A stretch of 64,000 bases of DNA from positions 832,001 to 896,000 of the forward strand of contig OZ219872.1 in assembly GCA_964291495.2 (NCBI GenBank), given 5' to 3'. A program made the translations under genes and the position numbers. This stretch comes from Dehalococcoidia bacterium (lineage in GTDB: Bacteria > Chloroflexota > Dehalococcoidia > UBA2979). The notes beneath the pieces are model-generated. The model saw only the letters and a list, made by a program, of their open reading frames with translations, was not told where the DNA came from and did no database searches. This document shows, in pieces, positions 41,335-51,328 of the stretch; positions within the stretch are counted from its first letter, which is position 1; each line of letters opens with the position of its first letter.

Positions 41335-42585
41335 ATGGCGAAGAGCGACGCGAACAGCGACCGCGCCTACGACGAGCGACCGCGACCCCTGGCCGGGGTG
41401 CGCGTGGTGGACTTCACCTGGATCGTCGCCGGACCGCAGGCGACACGCATCCTCGCCGACCTCGGAGCCGACGTGATCCGCGTCGAGAACGAGGGGCACA
41501 TGGACTCGCTGCGCGGGGGCCTGCCGCCGGACGGAGATCCGCACCCCGACCGCTCCGGGATCTTCAACAACTTCAACCGCAACAAGCGCGGCATCACCGC
41601 CAACATCTACCACCCGCGCACCCGCGAGCTGATCGAGCAACTGATCTCCGGGGCGGACGCGGTGACCGAGAACTTCAGCCCCGGCGCGTTCGCGCGCATG
41701 GGTTTCAGCTTCGAGCGCCTGCGCGAGCTGAACCCGAAGATCATCTACCTCTCGCTCTCCGGCTACGGGCACTACGGCCGCGACAGCTCCTACGTGACGT
41801 GGGGCCCGACGGCGCAGGCCGTCTCCGGGCTGACCTACATCTCCGGCCTGCCCGACCAGGACCCGGCCGGCTGGGGCTACTCCTACCTCGATCACTCGGC
41901 CGGCTACTACGGCGCGATCGCGATGCTGCTCGCCCTGCGGCGGCGCGAGCGCATCGAGGGCGCACAGCGCATCGACATCTCGCAGGTGGAGACGGGCATG
42001 GTGATGACCGGCGTGACCATGCTCGACTGCCAGATCAACGGTCGTCCGTCCGAGCGCATCGGCAACCGCTCGCGGCATCCGGCGATGGCGCCGCACGGCG
42101 CCTACCGCTGCGCCGGCGACGACCGCTGGATCACGGTCGCGGTCGAGAGCGAGGAGCACTGGCGCGAGCTCTGCGAGGAACTCGGCGCGCCCGAACTCGC
42201 CGACGACGAGCGCTTCGCGAGCCTCGATGCGCGCCTCGCCGCGGAGGACGCGCTGGACGCGGCGATCACGGAGTGCACGCGCGAGCGCGATGCGCGGCAG
42301 CTGATGTACGCGCTCCAGGCGCGCGGCGTGCCCGCCGGCCTGGCGCAGAACATGCCGGACAAGATGCAGGACGAGCAGCTGGCGGCGCGCGGCTTCCACC
42401 GCGCGGCGCCCAGCCCGTACGTCGGCGATCGCTTCTACGAGGGCCTGCCCTTCCTCTTCCGCCAGCTCGGCTGGGACGTTCGGCGCGGCGCTCCCGGCCT
42501 CGGCGAGCACGTCGACGAGGTGCTGACGGAGCTTGGCTGCACGCCCGAGGAGATCGCGCAACTGCGAGCGGAGGCCGGCGTATGA
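41335..42585 (+). CDS. CoA-transferase family III, probable catalytic subunit
   Basis: PLAGVRVVDFTWIVAGP, FNRNKRG, YLDHSAG (catalytic Asp). Confidence 0.9.
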   Translation: MAKSDANSDRAYDERPRPLAGVRVVDFTWIVAGPQATRILADLGADVIRVENEGHMDSLRGGLPPDGDPHPDRSGIFNNFNRNKRGITANIYHPRTRELIEQLISGADAVTENFSPGAFARMGFSFERLRELNPKIIYLSLSGYGHYGRDSSYVTWGPTAQAVSGLTYISGLPDQDPAGWGYSYLDHSAGYYGAIAMLLALRRRERIEGAQRIDISQVETGMVMTGVTMLDCQINGRPSERIGNRSRHPAMAPHGAYRCAGDDRWITVAVESEEHWRELCEELGAPELADDERFASLDARLAAEDALDAAITECTRERDARQLMYALQARGVPAGLAQNMPDKMQDEQLAARGFHRAAPSPYVGDRFYEGLPFLFRQLGWDVRRGAPGLGEHVDEVLTELGCTPEEIAQLRAEAGV

Positions 42586-43883
42586 GCGACGCACCTCCGC
42601 TACCGGAGTTCGCCGCGAGCCTGGACGGCGCACCGATCCTCGATCGCGTGCGCGTCGTCGAGGTCGGCGACCTCGGCGAGGTCGCGGGGAGACTGCTCGC
42701 CGACGTGGGCGCGGACGTGATCCGCGTCGAACCGCCCTCGGGCACGGACTCGCGCCACATCGGACCATATCCGGACGACGAGCCGGGCATCGAAACGTCG
42801 CTGCGCTTCGCGGCGCACAACGCGAACAAGCGCGGCGTCACGCTCGACCTCGAACACGCCGAGGGCCGCGAGCTGTGGCGGCGGCTGTGCGAGAGCGCCG
42901 ACGTGGTGATCGACGGCTCCGGGCACGGCGTCCTCGACGGCCTCGGGGCGGGCTGGGAGGCGCGGCTCGCGGACGGCTGGGCGGGCCCGCGCGTGTGGTG
43001 CGCGATCACGCCGTTTGGCCGCGAGGGGCCGTGGGCGGACTGGGCCTCGAGCGACCTCGTCCAGCTCGCGCTCGGCGGGCCGATGATGAGCACGGGCTAC
43101 ACGGACCACGACTTGCCGCCGATCCGCGGCGGTTTTGACCACTCGTACTGGATGGGTGGCGAGTACGCGGTGGTCGGCATCCTCGGCGCGCTGTTCGGGC
43201 TGGACGCCGGTCGCGCCGAGGGGCCGGAGCTGGTGGACATGGCGATCCACGACGCGGTGAGCGCCACGACCGAGGGCTCGTTCCCCAGCTGGGAGTACCG
43301 CCGGGAGATCAACCAGCGCGCCACCGGCCGCCACTCGGCGCCCGGCCCGACGCCGGAGATCCAGTTCCCGACCGTCGACGGGCGTCACATGAACATCATC
43401 GGCGGCGGACAGCCGCGCTCCGTACGCTACCTCGAGGGCCTGCTCGACTGGATGGACCAGTACGACGCCGCCGCGGATCTGCGCGAGCCGCGCTTCCGCG
43501 AGGCGATCTTCGCGGCCCGCAACGACGCGCACGAGGAGCGTGCGCGCTTCTCCGAGGTGACCAAGCGCTTCGTCGCGATGCTCACGACGGAGGAGGCCTA
43601 CCGCGGCGGCCAGTCGCTGCACCTGCCATGGGGCATCGTGCGCCGGCCCGAGGAGAACCTCGACGATCCGCACTGGACGGACCGCGACTCGTTCGCCCCG
43701 CTCGAGTTGCCGGACGGACGGCAGGCGCGGCTCCCCATCGCCCCGTACCGCTTCGAGGGCGTCGAGCGCGTGCGGCCGTGCCGCGCCCCGCTGCTCGGCG
43801 AGCACAACCACGCCGTCTACCACGAGGAGCTGGGAGTGCCCGCCGAGGAGTTGCCGGGGCTCTCCGAGCGCGGCGCGATCTAG
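42582..43883 (+). CDS. CoA-transferase family III, second subunit
   Basis: ATGA overlap; LADVGADVIRVEPP, NANKRGVTLDL, ITPFGREGP. Confidence 0.88.
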   Translation: MSDAPPLPEFAASLDGAPILDRVRVVEVGDLGEVAGRLLADVGADVIRVEPPSGTDSRHIGPYPDDEPGIETSLRFAAHNANKRGVTLDLEHAEGRELWRRLCESADVVIDGSGHGVLDGLGAGWEARLADGWAGPRVWCAITPFGREGPWADWASSDLVQLALGGPMMSTGYTDHDLPPIRGGFDHSYWMGGEYAVVGILGALFGLDAGRAEGPELVDMAIHDAVSATTEGSFPSWEYRREINQRATGRHSAPGPTPEIQFPTVDGRHMNIIGGGQPRSVRYLEGLLDWMDQYDAAADLREPRFREAIFAARNDAHEERARFSEVTKRFVAMLTTEEAYRGGQSLHLPWGIVRRPEENLDDPHWTDRDSFAPLELPDGRQARLPIAPYRFEGVERVRPCRAPLLGEHNHAVYHEELGVPAEELPGLSERGAI

Positions 43884-43884
43884 C

Positions 43885-44285
43885 CCCCTCCGGCCCCGTC
43901 GCAGGCCCCCACACCCCCATCCCGGACGAGCGGACGCTCCGCGCCGCTCGGACCCACCCACCCGTCCCCGGATTTCTTTCTCTGTGGGGGCTGCGCCCCC
44001 ACACCCCCTCGGAACCATCGAGGGCACACGAACCCATCGAAGGCGGTCCGGCCCCCTCTCCTGGAGGAGAGAGTTGGGGTGAGGCGGCTCGCCCGCGGAT
44101 GCTCCCCTCGCGATGGGCTGTTGCGCCCCCCGGGGCTCGTGCTCCGCGGAACTCGAACGAGCACGCTGCGCGGCCCGGCTGGATTCCGGCTTCCGCCGGA
44201 ATGACGGGGATGCGGAAACCGCCCCTTCGGCCCGATCCGGCCCCCTCTCCCCCGGCGGGAGAGGGTGGGGGTGTGGGGGAGGCGG
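43885..44285. repeat. Composite palindromic repeat cluster
   Basis: GGGGCTGCGCCCC, CCCTCTCC hairpins, ACGAGCACGCTGCGCGGC and CTGGATTCCGGCTTCCGCCGGAATGAC modules. Confidence 0.85.
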
Positions 44286-44420
44286 GCGCAGCCCGCCCGA
44301 GGCGGCAACGGACCCGCGAGGGCGCACCAGTGAGCCCACAACCAAACGTTAACGCCCGATCTGGCGCCACTTTGCGTCCCCGCGCTTGCGAGGCGGGGAG
44401 GCGGCGGCGAGACTGGGAGC

Positions 44421-45113
44421 ATGGCTCGCGTGCTGGTGGTCGAAGACGACGCCGCGATCCTCGAGACGGTCGCCTACAACCTCGGCCGCGAGGGCTACGA
44501 GGTGGTCACCGCCGCCGACGGCGTCTCGGGGCTGCAACTCTCGCGCGAGACCGAGCCCGACCTGATCGTGCTGGACCTGATGCTGCCGCGCATGTCCGGC
44601 CTCGACGTCTGTCGCGTGGTGCGCGAGGAGCGGCCGGTGCCGATCCTGATGCTGACCGCGCGCAGCGCCGAGGGCGACAAGATCGCCGGGCTGGACCTCG
44701 GCGCAGACGACTACGTCACCAAGCCGTTCTCGATGCAGGAGCTGATCGCGCGCGTGAGCGCGATGCTGCGCCGTGACCGCATCTCTCGCGAGGCCGCCGG
44801 CGGGGTCAACGGCGGGACGTTGCGCGGCGGCGGCATCGAGCTGCGGCCCGAGGCGCGCGAGGCGCGGCGCAACGGCGAGGTCGTGCGGCTGCGTCCGAAG
44901 GAGTTCGACCTGCTGGAGTGCCTGATGCGTCATCCGCGCCAGGTGCTGACGCGCGATCGCATCCTGGAGCAGGTCTGGGGCTACGAGTTCGGCGGCGGCA
45001 CGCGCACCGTGGACGTGCACATGCGCTGGCTGCGCCAGAAGCTCGAAGAGACGCCCTCGAAGCCGCAACACCTCGTGACGGTGCGGACCGTGGGCTACAA
45101 GTTCGAGCCCTGA
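44421..45113 (+). CDS. OmpR/PhoB family response regulator
   Basis: VLVVEDD, LDLMLP, GADDYVTKPF, RTVDVHMRWLRQKLE. Confidence 0.95.
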   Translation: MARVLVVEDDAAILETVAYNLGREGYEVVTAADGVSGLQLSRETEPDLIVLDLMLPRMSGLDVCRVVREERPVPILMLTARSAEGDKIAGLDLGADDYVTKPFSMQELIARVSAMLRRDRISREAAGGVNGGTLRGGGIELRPEAREARRNGEVVRLRPKEFDLLECLMRHPRQVLTRDRILEQVWGYEFGGGTRTVDVHMRWLRQKLEETPSKPQHLVTVRTVGYKFEP

Positions 45114-45149
45114 TCCCGTGTCCGCGCAGCCGCCCCCGAGCCTCGAGCG

Positions 45150-46403
45150 ATGACCCCCGGCTGGCGCTGGGTCGCGCTCGCGGGTCTGGCGGCGATCGCC
45201 GTCGCCGCTCCGCTGCTGCTGTCGCGTCCGGCGGCCGCGCTGCTGGCTCTCGCCGCGCTGCTGGCCGCCGCACTCCTCGTGCGAGCCGGTTCGAGTCCGG
45301 CGCCCGCAGCGCTGCCCGAGGAGCCCCCGGCCCCGGCCCCCGCGATCCCGGCCACGCCCGACGCCGGACCGCTCCTCGCCTCGCTGCCCTGCGGCGTGCT
45401 GCTGCTCGATGAGGAGCTGAACGTGCTTGCCGCGAACGACACGCTCGCGCGCATCGTCGAGCACCCGCTCGAGACGATGACGGGCGTCTCGCTGATCCGC
45501 GCGATCCGCGAGATCGAGCTGGTCGAGTTCGCGCGTGAACGTCTCCACGGTTCGCGCGAGGCCCACCTCACGAACGGCGTCGAGGCGCGGCTCTCCTCGG
45601 CGCCGATCGACCTGCCGCTGGCCAGCGGACGGGCGACGCAGCTGATTGCCGTGGAGGACATGACCGCGCTGCGCGCCGCGCAACGCGCGCGCTCCGACCT
45701 CGTCGCGAACCTCGCGCACGAGCTGCGCACCCCGCTGGCCGGGGCCCGCGCCATCGCCGAGACGTTCCACGCCGCCGCCGGGGATCCGGCAGAGCGCGAG
45801 CGCTTCCTGCGACTGCTCGGCGATGAGATCGAGCGGATGAGCAGGCTCGTCGAGCGGATGCTGCACCTCGCGCAGCTCGAATCGAGCGACGAGCCGATCG
45901 AGCTCGAGCCGCTGTCGCCGTCGGAGCTGCTGGACGGGGCAGCCGCCCGCGTGGCGCCCGTCGCCGCGCAGCGAAAGATCCGCGTGGACATCGAGGCGGC
46001 CAGCGGCACACTGGTCGCGGGCCATCGCGAGCACGTCGGCGAGGTGTTCGCGAACCTGCTGGACAACGCGCTGCGCCACAGCCCCGACGACAGCCGCATC
46101 GCCCTCGCCGCGCTCGCCGGCAGCGGCGAAGTTCACTTCGAGGTGCGCGACGAGGGGTCGGGCATCCTGCCGAGCGAGCGCGAGCGCGTCTTCGAGCGCT
46201 TCTACACGGGCGACGACTCGCGCGGGACCGGGGGCGGCGCCGGGCTCGGCCTGGCGATCACGCGCCAGCTCGTCCATCGGCTCGGCGGCCGCATCTGGGT
46301 TACCGATCGAACGCCCGGGGCGACGGTCTGCTTCACGCTCGCACATGCGCAGGACGGCGAGGCGCCCTCGGACGGAGGGGGCGAGGCAGGCGACGGGGTG
46401 TAG
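45150..46403 (+). CDS. Sensor histidine kinase, PhoR-like
   Basis: N-terminal TMs, PAS-like region, H-box AHELRTPL, NLLDNA, DEGSGI, FERFY, GLGLAI. Confidence 0.92.
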   Translation: MTPGWRWVALAGLAAIAVAAPLLLSRPAAALLALAALLAAALLVRAGSSPAPAALPEEPPAPAPAIPATPDAGPLLASLPCGVLLLDEELNVLAANDTLARIVEHPLETMTGVSLIRAIREIELVEFARERLHGSREAHLTNGVEARLSSAPIDLPLASGRATQLIAVEDMTALRAAQRARSDLVANLAHELRTPLAGARAIAETFHAAAGDPAERERFLRLLGDEIERMSRLVERMLHLAQLESSDEPIELEPLSPSELLDGAAARVAPVAAQRKIRVDIEAASGTLVAGHREHVGEVFANLLDNALRHSPDDSRIALAALAGSGEVHFEVRDEGSGILPSERERVFERFYTGDDSRGTGGGAGLGLAITRQLVHRLGGRIWVTDRTPGATVCFTLAHAQDGEAPSDGGGEAGDGV

Positions 46404-46410
46404 GGGCGGA

Positions 46411-47706
46411 CTATGGCTCCGCGCCGACGGCGGCGGGCCGCGGGCGGAACGTTCCCCTGCGCACCAGCGATCGCACCTCGGGCAGCATCGCCGCCGCCGT
46501 GAGGAAGGCGAGCGCCCAGATCATCGCCGGCGCGATCAGCAGGATGCGCACGCCTATCTCGTTCGAAAGCCAGCCATAGCCGAAGTTCGCGAAGGCCATG
46601 TGGCCGGCCGCGAGCATCAGGTAGATCGACATCACGCGCCCGCGATACTCGTCCGGCACGGTGCGCTGCACGAACGTCGCCGAGAGCGCCATGTAGCTGG
46701 CCTGCGTCAGGCCGGTCAGCACCCCACCGAGGACTGCCATCCAGGCCGTCGCCGCGAAGCCGATCACGAGCATCGCGGCCCCGCTCCCGATGCCCACGAC
46801 CAGCAGCGCGCGGCCCTGCGCCACCTCCGTCCGCAGCATCGAGATCACGAGCGTGCCGCAGATCGCGCCCACGCCGACGCCGACGATGATCGCGCTGTAG
46901 GTGCGGTCCGCCCCGCCGACCTGGGTCGCCAGCGTCGGCATCATCGAGTCGAACGCCATCGTCAGGCCGCAGTGCAGCCCGACGAGCACCATCACGAACA
47001 GCACGCGCGCGTCGCGCTCCAGGTAGGCGAAGCCCGCGCCGATGTCGTTGAGGATTCGGCGTCCATCGAAGAGCGGGCCCTCGGCTTCCCCTGCCGCCGG
47101 CGGCGCGCGGTACTCGAGCTTGAAGATCTGGTAGAGGGCGAGCATGACGAAGCAGCCCGAGAGGATGAACACTGAGCCCGACCCCAGGAAGGAGAGCATC
47201 GCCCCGCCGATTGTCGGGCCGAGCACGCGCGAACCGTGGCGCGTGATGCCGGCGAGGGCGATCGCGTTGAGCAGGTGCTCCTTGGGGACGACGTTGGCGA
47301 CCAGGGCCTGCTCGGCCGGGGTGCCGAAGGCGCGCGCCGTCCCGCCCAGCGCCGCGAACGCGATCACGTGCCAGGGCTCCACCAACCCCGGCAGCGTGAT
47401 CGCCGCGAGGCCGAACGCCGAGAAGATACTGACCATGTCGGCGGCGATCGCCATCCTCCGCCGGTCCGCCCGATCGGCCAGCGCGCCGCCGATCGGGCCC
47501 GCCAGCAGCAGTGGGATCATGCCCGCGAACGTGGCCGCGCCCACCCAGCCAGCGTGCCCGGTCAGCTCGAAGATCAGCCAGCCGCGCGCCAGCAGCATCG
47601 TCCAGTGCGACGCCGAGGCGAAGAAGGCGTTGGCGAAAATACGCCGGAAGTCGCGCGATTGCAGCGCGGGATGCCGCTGGGCAATCGAGTGGAACGTGAT
47701 CATCAA
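46411..47706 (-). CDS. MFS transporter
   Basis: About 12 hydrophobic segments; GGALADRADRRR and VPDEYRGRVMS motifs. Confidence 0.9.
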   Translation of the reverse strand: MMITFHSIAQRHPALQSRDFRRIFANAFFASASHWTMLLARGWLIFELTGHAGWVGAATFAGMIPLLLAGPIGGALADRADRRRMAIAADMVSIFSAFGLAAITLPGLVEPWHVIAFAALGGTARAFGTPAEQALVANVVPKEHLLNAIALAGITRHGSRVLGPTIGGAMLSFLGSGSVFILSGCFVMLALYQIFKLEYRAPPAAGEAEGPLFDGRRILNDIGAGFAYLERDARVLFVMVLVGLHCGLTMAFDSMMPTLATQVGGADRTYSAIIVGVGVGAICGTLVISMLRTEVAQGRALLVVGIGSGAAMLVIGFAATAWMAVLGGVLTGLTQASYMALSATFVQRTVPDEYRGRVMSIYLMLAAGHMAFANFGYGWLSNEIGVRILLIAPAMIWALAFLTAAAMLPEVRSLVRRGTFRPRPAAVGAEP

Positions 47707-47756
47707 GCGAGTCTACAGGACGGCGTGCTCGGCGAACCTCGATCGTGGGCCGCCCG

Positions 47757-48383
47757 CTACTCCTCTGCGTCATCGAGCGCGCGCGCGACGATCGCGCGGC
47801 CGCGCTCGCTGAGGTCGAGACCGAGCGCCGCCTCGCGGCCCCGCTCGCTCATCTTGCGCCAGGTGCGGCGCACGATCGCGACCAGCCGTTCGTCGTCGCC
47901 GAGGCGCTCCCGGAACTCGTCGAACTGCGTCTGCAGGAAGACGAGGTTGAGGCCATCCTCCAGCGTCTGGACCTCCGGGTCGCTGAACAGCCCCTCCTTG
48001 CGCACGATCTGCTCGACGCGCTCGACGAGCGGGTCGTCGTAGCCCTCGGCGCGGAGGATGCGCGCCGCCTCGTCGGCGTGGAAGCGGCGCAGATCGCGCC
48101 GCCAGCGCAGGTAGGCGTCACGGCCCAGCGGGTAGCTCGCGCGCGGCACCGTCCAGCGCCGGATGTGGTGCGCGCGCGCCGCCAGCAGCAGCGCCTCGCC
48201 CGGCGAGGGCACGAGGCGCGCGACCCACTCGCAGAGCAGCGCGGCGTGCGTCAGCTCCTTCGCGCGCGGCTCGCCGTCGACCATGATCGTCGCCGGATCA
48301 GCGGCGTTGGCGGCGTCGATCGCCGTGATCGCGCGCGCGAAGCGCTCCGCGTCGGCGCAGTCATGTGGAGCAGCAATCGTCAT
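47757..48383 (-). CDS. DUF4202 family protein
   Basis: IDAANAADP, LAARAHHIRRW.VPR.SYP.GR..YLRWR, VQTLED, TWRKMS. Confidence 0.85.
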   Translation of the reverse strand: MTIAAPHDCADAERFARAITAIDAANAADPATIMVDGEPRAKELTHAALLCEWVARLVPSPGEALLLAARAHHIRRWTVPRASYPLGRDAYLRWRRDLRRFHADEAARILRAEGYDDPLVERVEQIVRKEGLFSDPEVQTLEDGLNLVFLQTQFDEFRERLGDDERLVAIVRRTWRKMSERGREAALGLDLSERGRAIVARALDDAEE

Positions 48384-48425
48384 CGAGGAGCCTCGACACT
48401 CGCGCCGGCCGTGCGCGGATCCGCG

Positions 48426-48506
48426 TTGACACTGCGTCTCCGGCTGTTACGATGGCCCGGCAAATTGTCTGTGTTGTTTACCGGATTTGTCGACAATAGC
48501 AAATCC
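48426..48506 (+). promoter_or_regulatory. Sigma70 promoter and palindromic operator upstream of the sulfite reductase/cys operon
   Basis: TTGACA (48426), 16 nt, TGT-TACGAT (48448); inverted repeat GGATTTG-N10-CAAATCC (48483-48506) overlapping palindrome TTGTCGACAA; AGGAGG RBS. Confidence 0.55.
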
Positions 48507-48526
48507 CTCCTCAGGAGGCAGCGCGC

Positions 48527-50308
48527 ATGACCACCACCGTCCGTGCCGACACCCCCGGCCACGTGATCCCGATCCTCGAGGACGAGCTCGCCGACTTCAC
48601 CACCGAGGCAACCGCGTTCCTCGACGGCGACCGCGAGCTGCTGGAGTTCACGAAGTTCCGGCTGCGCCAGGGTGTCTACGGGCAGCGCCAGGCCGACCGC
48701 CAGATGATCCGCGTGAAGCTGCCCTTTGGCGGGGTCACGTCGGACCAGCTCGACGCCTTCGCCGAGGTCGCCGAGCGCTTCGCGCCGCTGCGCAAGGGCC
48801 ACCTCACCACGCGCGAGAACGTGCAGTACCACCACGTGCCGCTCGACGAGACGCTCGAGCTGCTGCAGGTGCTCGGCCGCGCCGGCCTCTCCACGCGCGA
48901 GGCCTGCGGCAACACCGTGCGCAACGTCACCGGCGACCCCTGGGCCGGCATCCGCGACGACGAGCCGTTCGACGTTACGCCCTACGCGGGCGCCTTCGTG
49001 CGCTACTTCGTGCGCAGCGAGCTGACCCAGCTGCTGCCTCGCAAGTTCAAGGTCGCCTTCTCCGGCAGCGACGAGGACTCCGCGCTGACGCAGATCCACG
49101 ACCTCGGCTTCATCCCCGAGATCCGCGAGGTCGACGGCGTGCCCACCAAGGGCTTCCGCATCGTCACCGGCGGCGGGCTCTCGATCATGGCGAAGCACGC
49201 CGTTGTGCTGCGCGAGTGGGTCTCCGTCGACGAGTACCTCAGGCACTCGCACGCCGTGCTGCGCGTGTTCGACGCGGCCGACGAGCTGCGCAAGAACCTC
49301 GCCAAGGCGCGCATCAAGTTCCTCGTCCACCGCGTCGGCGAGGAGGAGTTCCGCAAGATGGTCGACGCCGAGCTGGAGGGCGAGTGGGCGCAGGCCGACG
49401 CCCGGCCGGACCCGCTGCTCTTCCTCGACGACGAGGCCGCCGACGCACCGGCCCCGCCCGAGGACGCGCCGCAGCCGAGCGACGCCGACCGCGCCACCTT
49501 CGAGGAGTGGGCGCGGACGGCCGTGAAGGCGCAGCGCCAGGAGGGCTACTCGGCCATCGAGGTGCAGGTGCCGCAGGGCGACCTGACGCCGGAGCAGTTC
49601 CGCGGCCTGGCGACAATCATGCGCGAGTACGGCTCCGGCCGCGCCCGCACCACGCCGTGGCAGAACATCGTGCTGCGCTGGATCCCGAACGAGTCCGTCT
49701 ACGCCGTCTGGCTGGCGCTCGGCGAGCTCGGCCTCAATGGCGGCGGCATCCTCGAGATCGAGGATGTGGTGAGCTGCCCCGGCACGGACAGCTGCAAGCT
49801 CGGCATCACCAGCTCGATGGGCCTCAACCGCGCGGTCTCGGAGCACGTTCGCTCGCTGCAGATCACGGACCCGCGGACGCGGCGGATCCTGATCAACGCC
49901 AGCGGCTGCCCCAACTCGTGCGGCCAGCACCACATCGCGAACATCGGCTTCCACGGCGCGGCCATCAAGTCCGGCGACCGCCAGGCCCCGGCCTACCACG
50001 TGTTCATCGCGGGCAACCGCCGCACCGGCCAGGACCTGCGGCTCGGCACGCTGATCAAGGCGCGCCTGCCCGCCAAGCGCGTGCCCGACGCCGTCGAGCG
50101 TTTCATCCGCCTCTACGAGGCCGAGCGCAGCGACGGCGAGGAGTTCAACGACTACTTCGATCGCGTCGGCAAGGCGCCCTTCGAGGACGCCGTCAAAGAC
50201 TTGACGCTGCCGCCGGAGTTCTCTATCCAGACGATGGACGAGTTCATCGACTGGGAGCGCGAGGGCCTCTACGTCCTCGAGCGTGGCGAGGGTGAGTGCG
50301 CCGTCTAG
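48527..50308 (+). CDS. sir: Ferredoxin-type nitrite/sulfite reductase hemoprotein, probably sulfite reductase
   Basis: FRLRQGVYGQRQ, ACGNTVRNV, LPRKFK, SCPGTDSC and SGCPNSCGQH siroheme/4Fe-4S motifs; upstream of cysDNC. Confidence 0.85.
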   Translation: MTTTVRADTPGHVIPILEDELADFTTEATAFLDGDRELLEFTKFRLRQGVYGQRQADRQMIRVKLPFGGVTSDQLDAFAEVAERFAPLRKGHLTTRENVQYHHVPLDETLELLQVLGRAGLSTREACGNTVRNVTGDPWAGIRDDEPFDVTPYAGAFVRYFVRSELTQLLPRKFKVAFSGSDEDSALTQIHDLGFIPEIREVDGVPTKGFRIVTGGGLSIMAKHAVVLREWVSVDEYLRHSHAVLRVFDAADELRKNLAKARIKFLVHRVGEEEFRKMVDAELEGEWAQADARPDPLLFLDDEAADAPAPPEDAPQPSDADRATFEEWARTAVKAQRQEGYSAIEVQVPQGDLTPEQFRGLATIMREYGSGRARTTPWQNIVLRWIPNESVYAVWLALGELGLNGGGILEIEDVVSCPGTDSCKLGITSSMGLNRAVSEHVRSLQITDPRTRRILINASGCPNSCGQHHIANIGFHGAAIKSGDRQAPAYHVFIAGNRRTGQDLRLGTLIKARLPAKRVPDAVERFIRLYEAERSDGEEFNDYFDRVGKAPFEDAVKDLTLPPEFSIQTMDEFIDWEREGLYVLERGEGECAV

Positions 50309-50374
50309 GCGAACCCCCGCCCGCCGCGGGCTCCGGTCCTGTCGAGCACCGCCCGCGCAACAGAGGCCGCAGCC

Positions 50375-51328
50375 GTGAGAGACGCCGACACGGGCGCTGG
50401 TGACACCTCGCTGCCCACTCTCCCCCCGTCCGGGGCGGAGCAGCTGCGCGACCTCGAATCCGAGGCGATCCACATCATTCGCGAGGTCGTCGCGGAGTTC
50501 GAGCGACCCGCGCTGCTGTTCTCCGGCGGCAAGGACTCGATCGTGCTGCTGCGGCTCGCCGAGAAGGCGTTCTGGCCCGCGCCGCTGCCCTTCCCCGTGC
50601 TGCATATCGACACCGGGCACAACTTCCCGGAGGCGATCGCGTTTCGCGACCGGCGTGTCGCCGAGCTGGGCGCAACCCTCGTCGTCGGCTCGGTCCAGCA
50701 GGCGATCGACGACGGCCTCGTGCAGGAGGAGACGGGCCCGGGCGCCTCGCGCAACCGGCTGCAAACGCCGGTGCTGCTGCGCACGGTCGCCGAGCACGGC
50801 TTCAACGCACTGTTCGGCGGGGCGCGCCGCGACGAGGAGCGGGCGCGCGCCAAGGAGCGCATCTACTCGCTTCGCGAGGCTTCCGGCGGCTGGAATCCTC
50901 ACGCCCAGCGCCCGGAGCTGTGGAACCTCTACAACGGCCTCCACCGTCCCGGCGAGAATGTCCGTGTCTTCCCGCTCTCCAACTGGACCGAGCTTGATGT
51001 GTGGCGCTACATCGAGGTGGAGGACCTCAAGACGCCCTCCATCTACTTCGCACACGAGCGGATGGTGTTCCGCCGCGACGGGATGCTGATGGCCGTCAGC
51101 CCGCACCTCCAACTGGTCGAGGGCGAGACGCCGTTCCTCGCGAGCGTCCGCTACCGCACCGTCGGCGACATGTCCTGCACCGCCGCGGTCGAGTCCCGGG
51201 CGGACACCATCGAACGCGTCGTCGCCGAGATCGCCGCCACGCGGATCACCGAGCGCGGCGAGACCCGGGCCGACGACCGTACGTCGGAGGCCGCGATGGA
51301 GGACCGCAAGCGCGAGGGCTACTTCTGA
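50375..51328 (+). CDS. cysD: Sulfate adenylyltransferase subunit 2
   Basis: LFSGGKDS, GGARRDEERARAKER, RVFPLSNWTELDVW, MEDRKREGYF. Confidence 0.96.
   Translation: MRDADTGAGDTSLPTLPPSGAEQLRDLESEAIHIIREVVAEFERPALLFSGGKDSIVLLRLAEKAFWPAPLPFPVLHIDTGHNFPEAIAFRDRRVAELGATLVVGSVQQAIDDGLVQEETGPGASRNRLQTPVLLRTVAEHGFNALFGGARRDEERARAKERIYSLREASGGWNPHAQRPELWNLYNGLHRPGENVRVFPLSNWTELDVWRYIEVEDLKTPSIYFAHERMVFRRDGMLMAVSPHLQLVEGETPFLASVRYRTVGDMSCTAAVESRADTIERVVAEIAATRITERGETRADDRTSEAAMEDRKREGYF

Noticed and set aside
44330-44365. Possible PHO box upstream of the PhoP-like regulator (GTTAAC region)
   Set aside because: No convincing second 11-bp repeat unit
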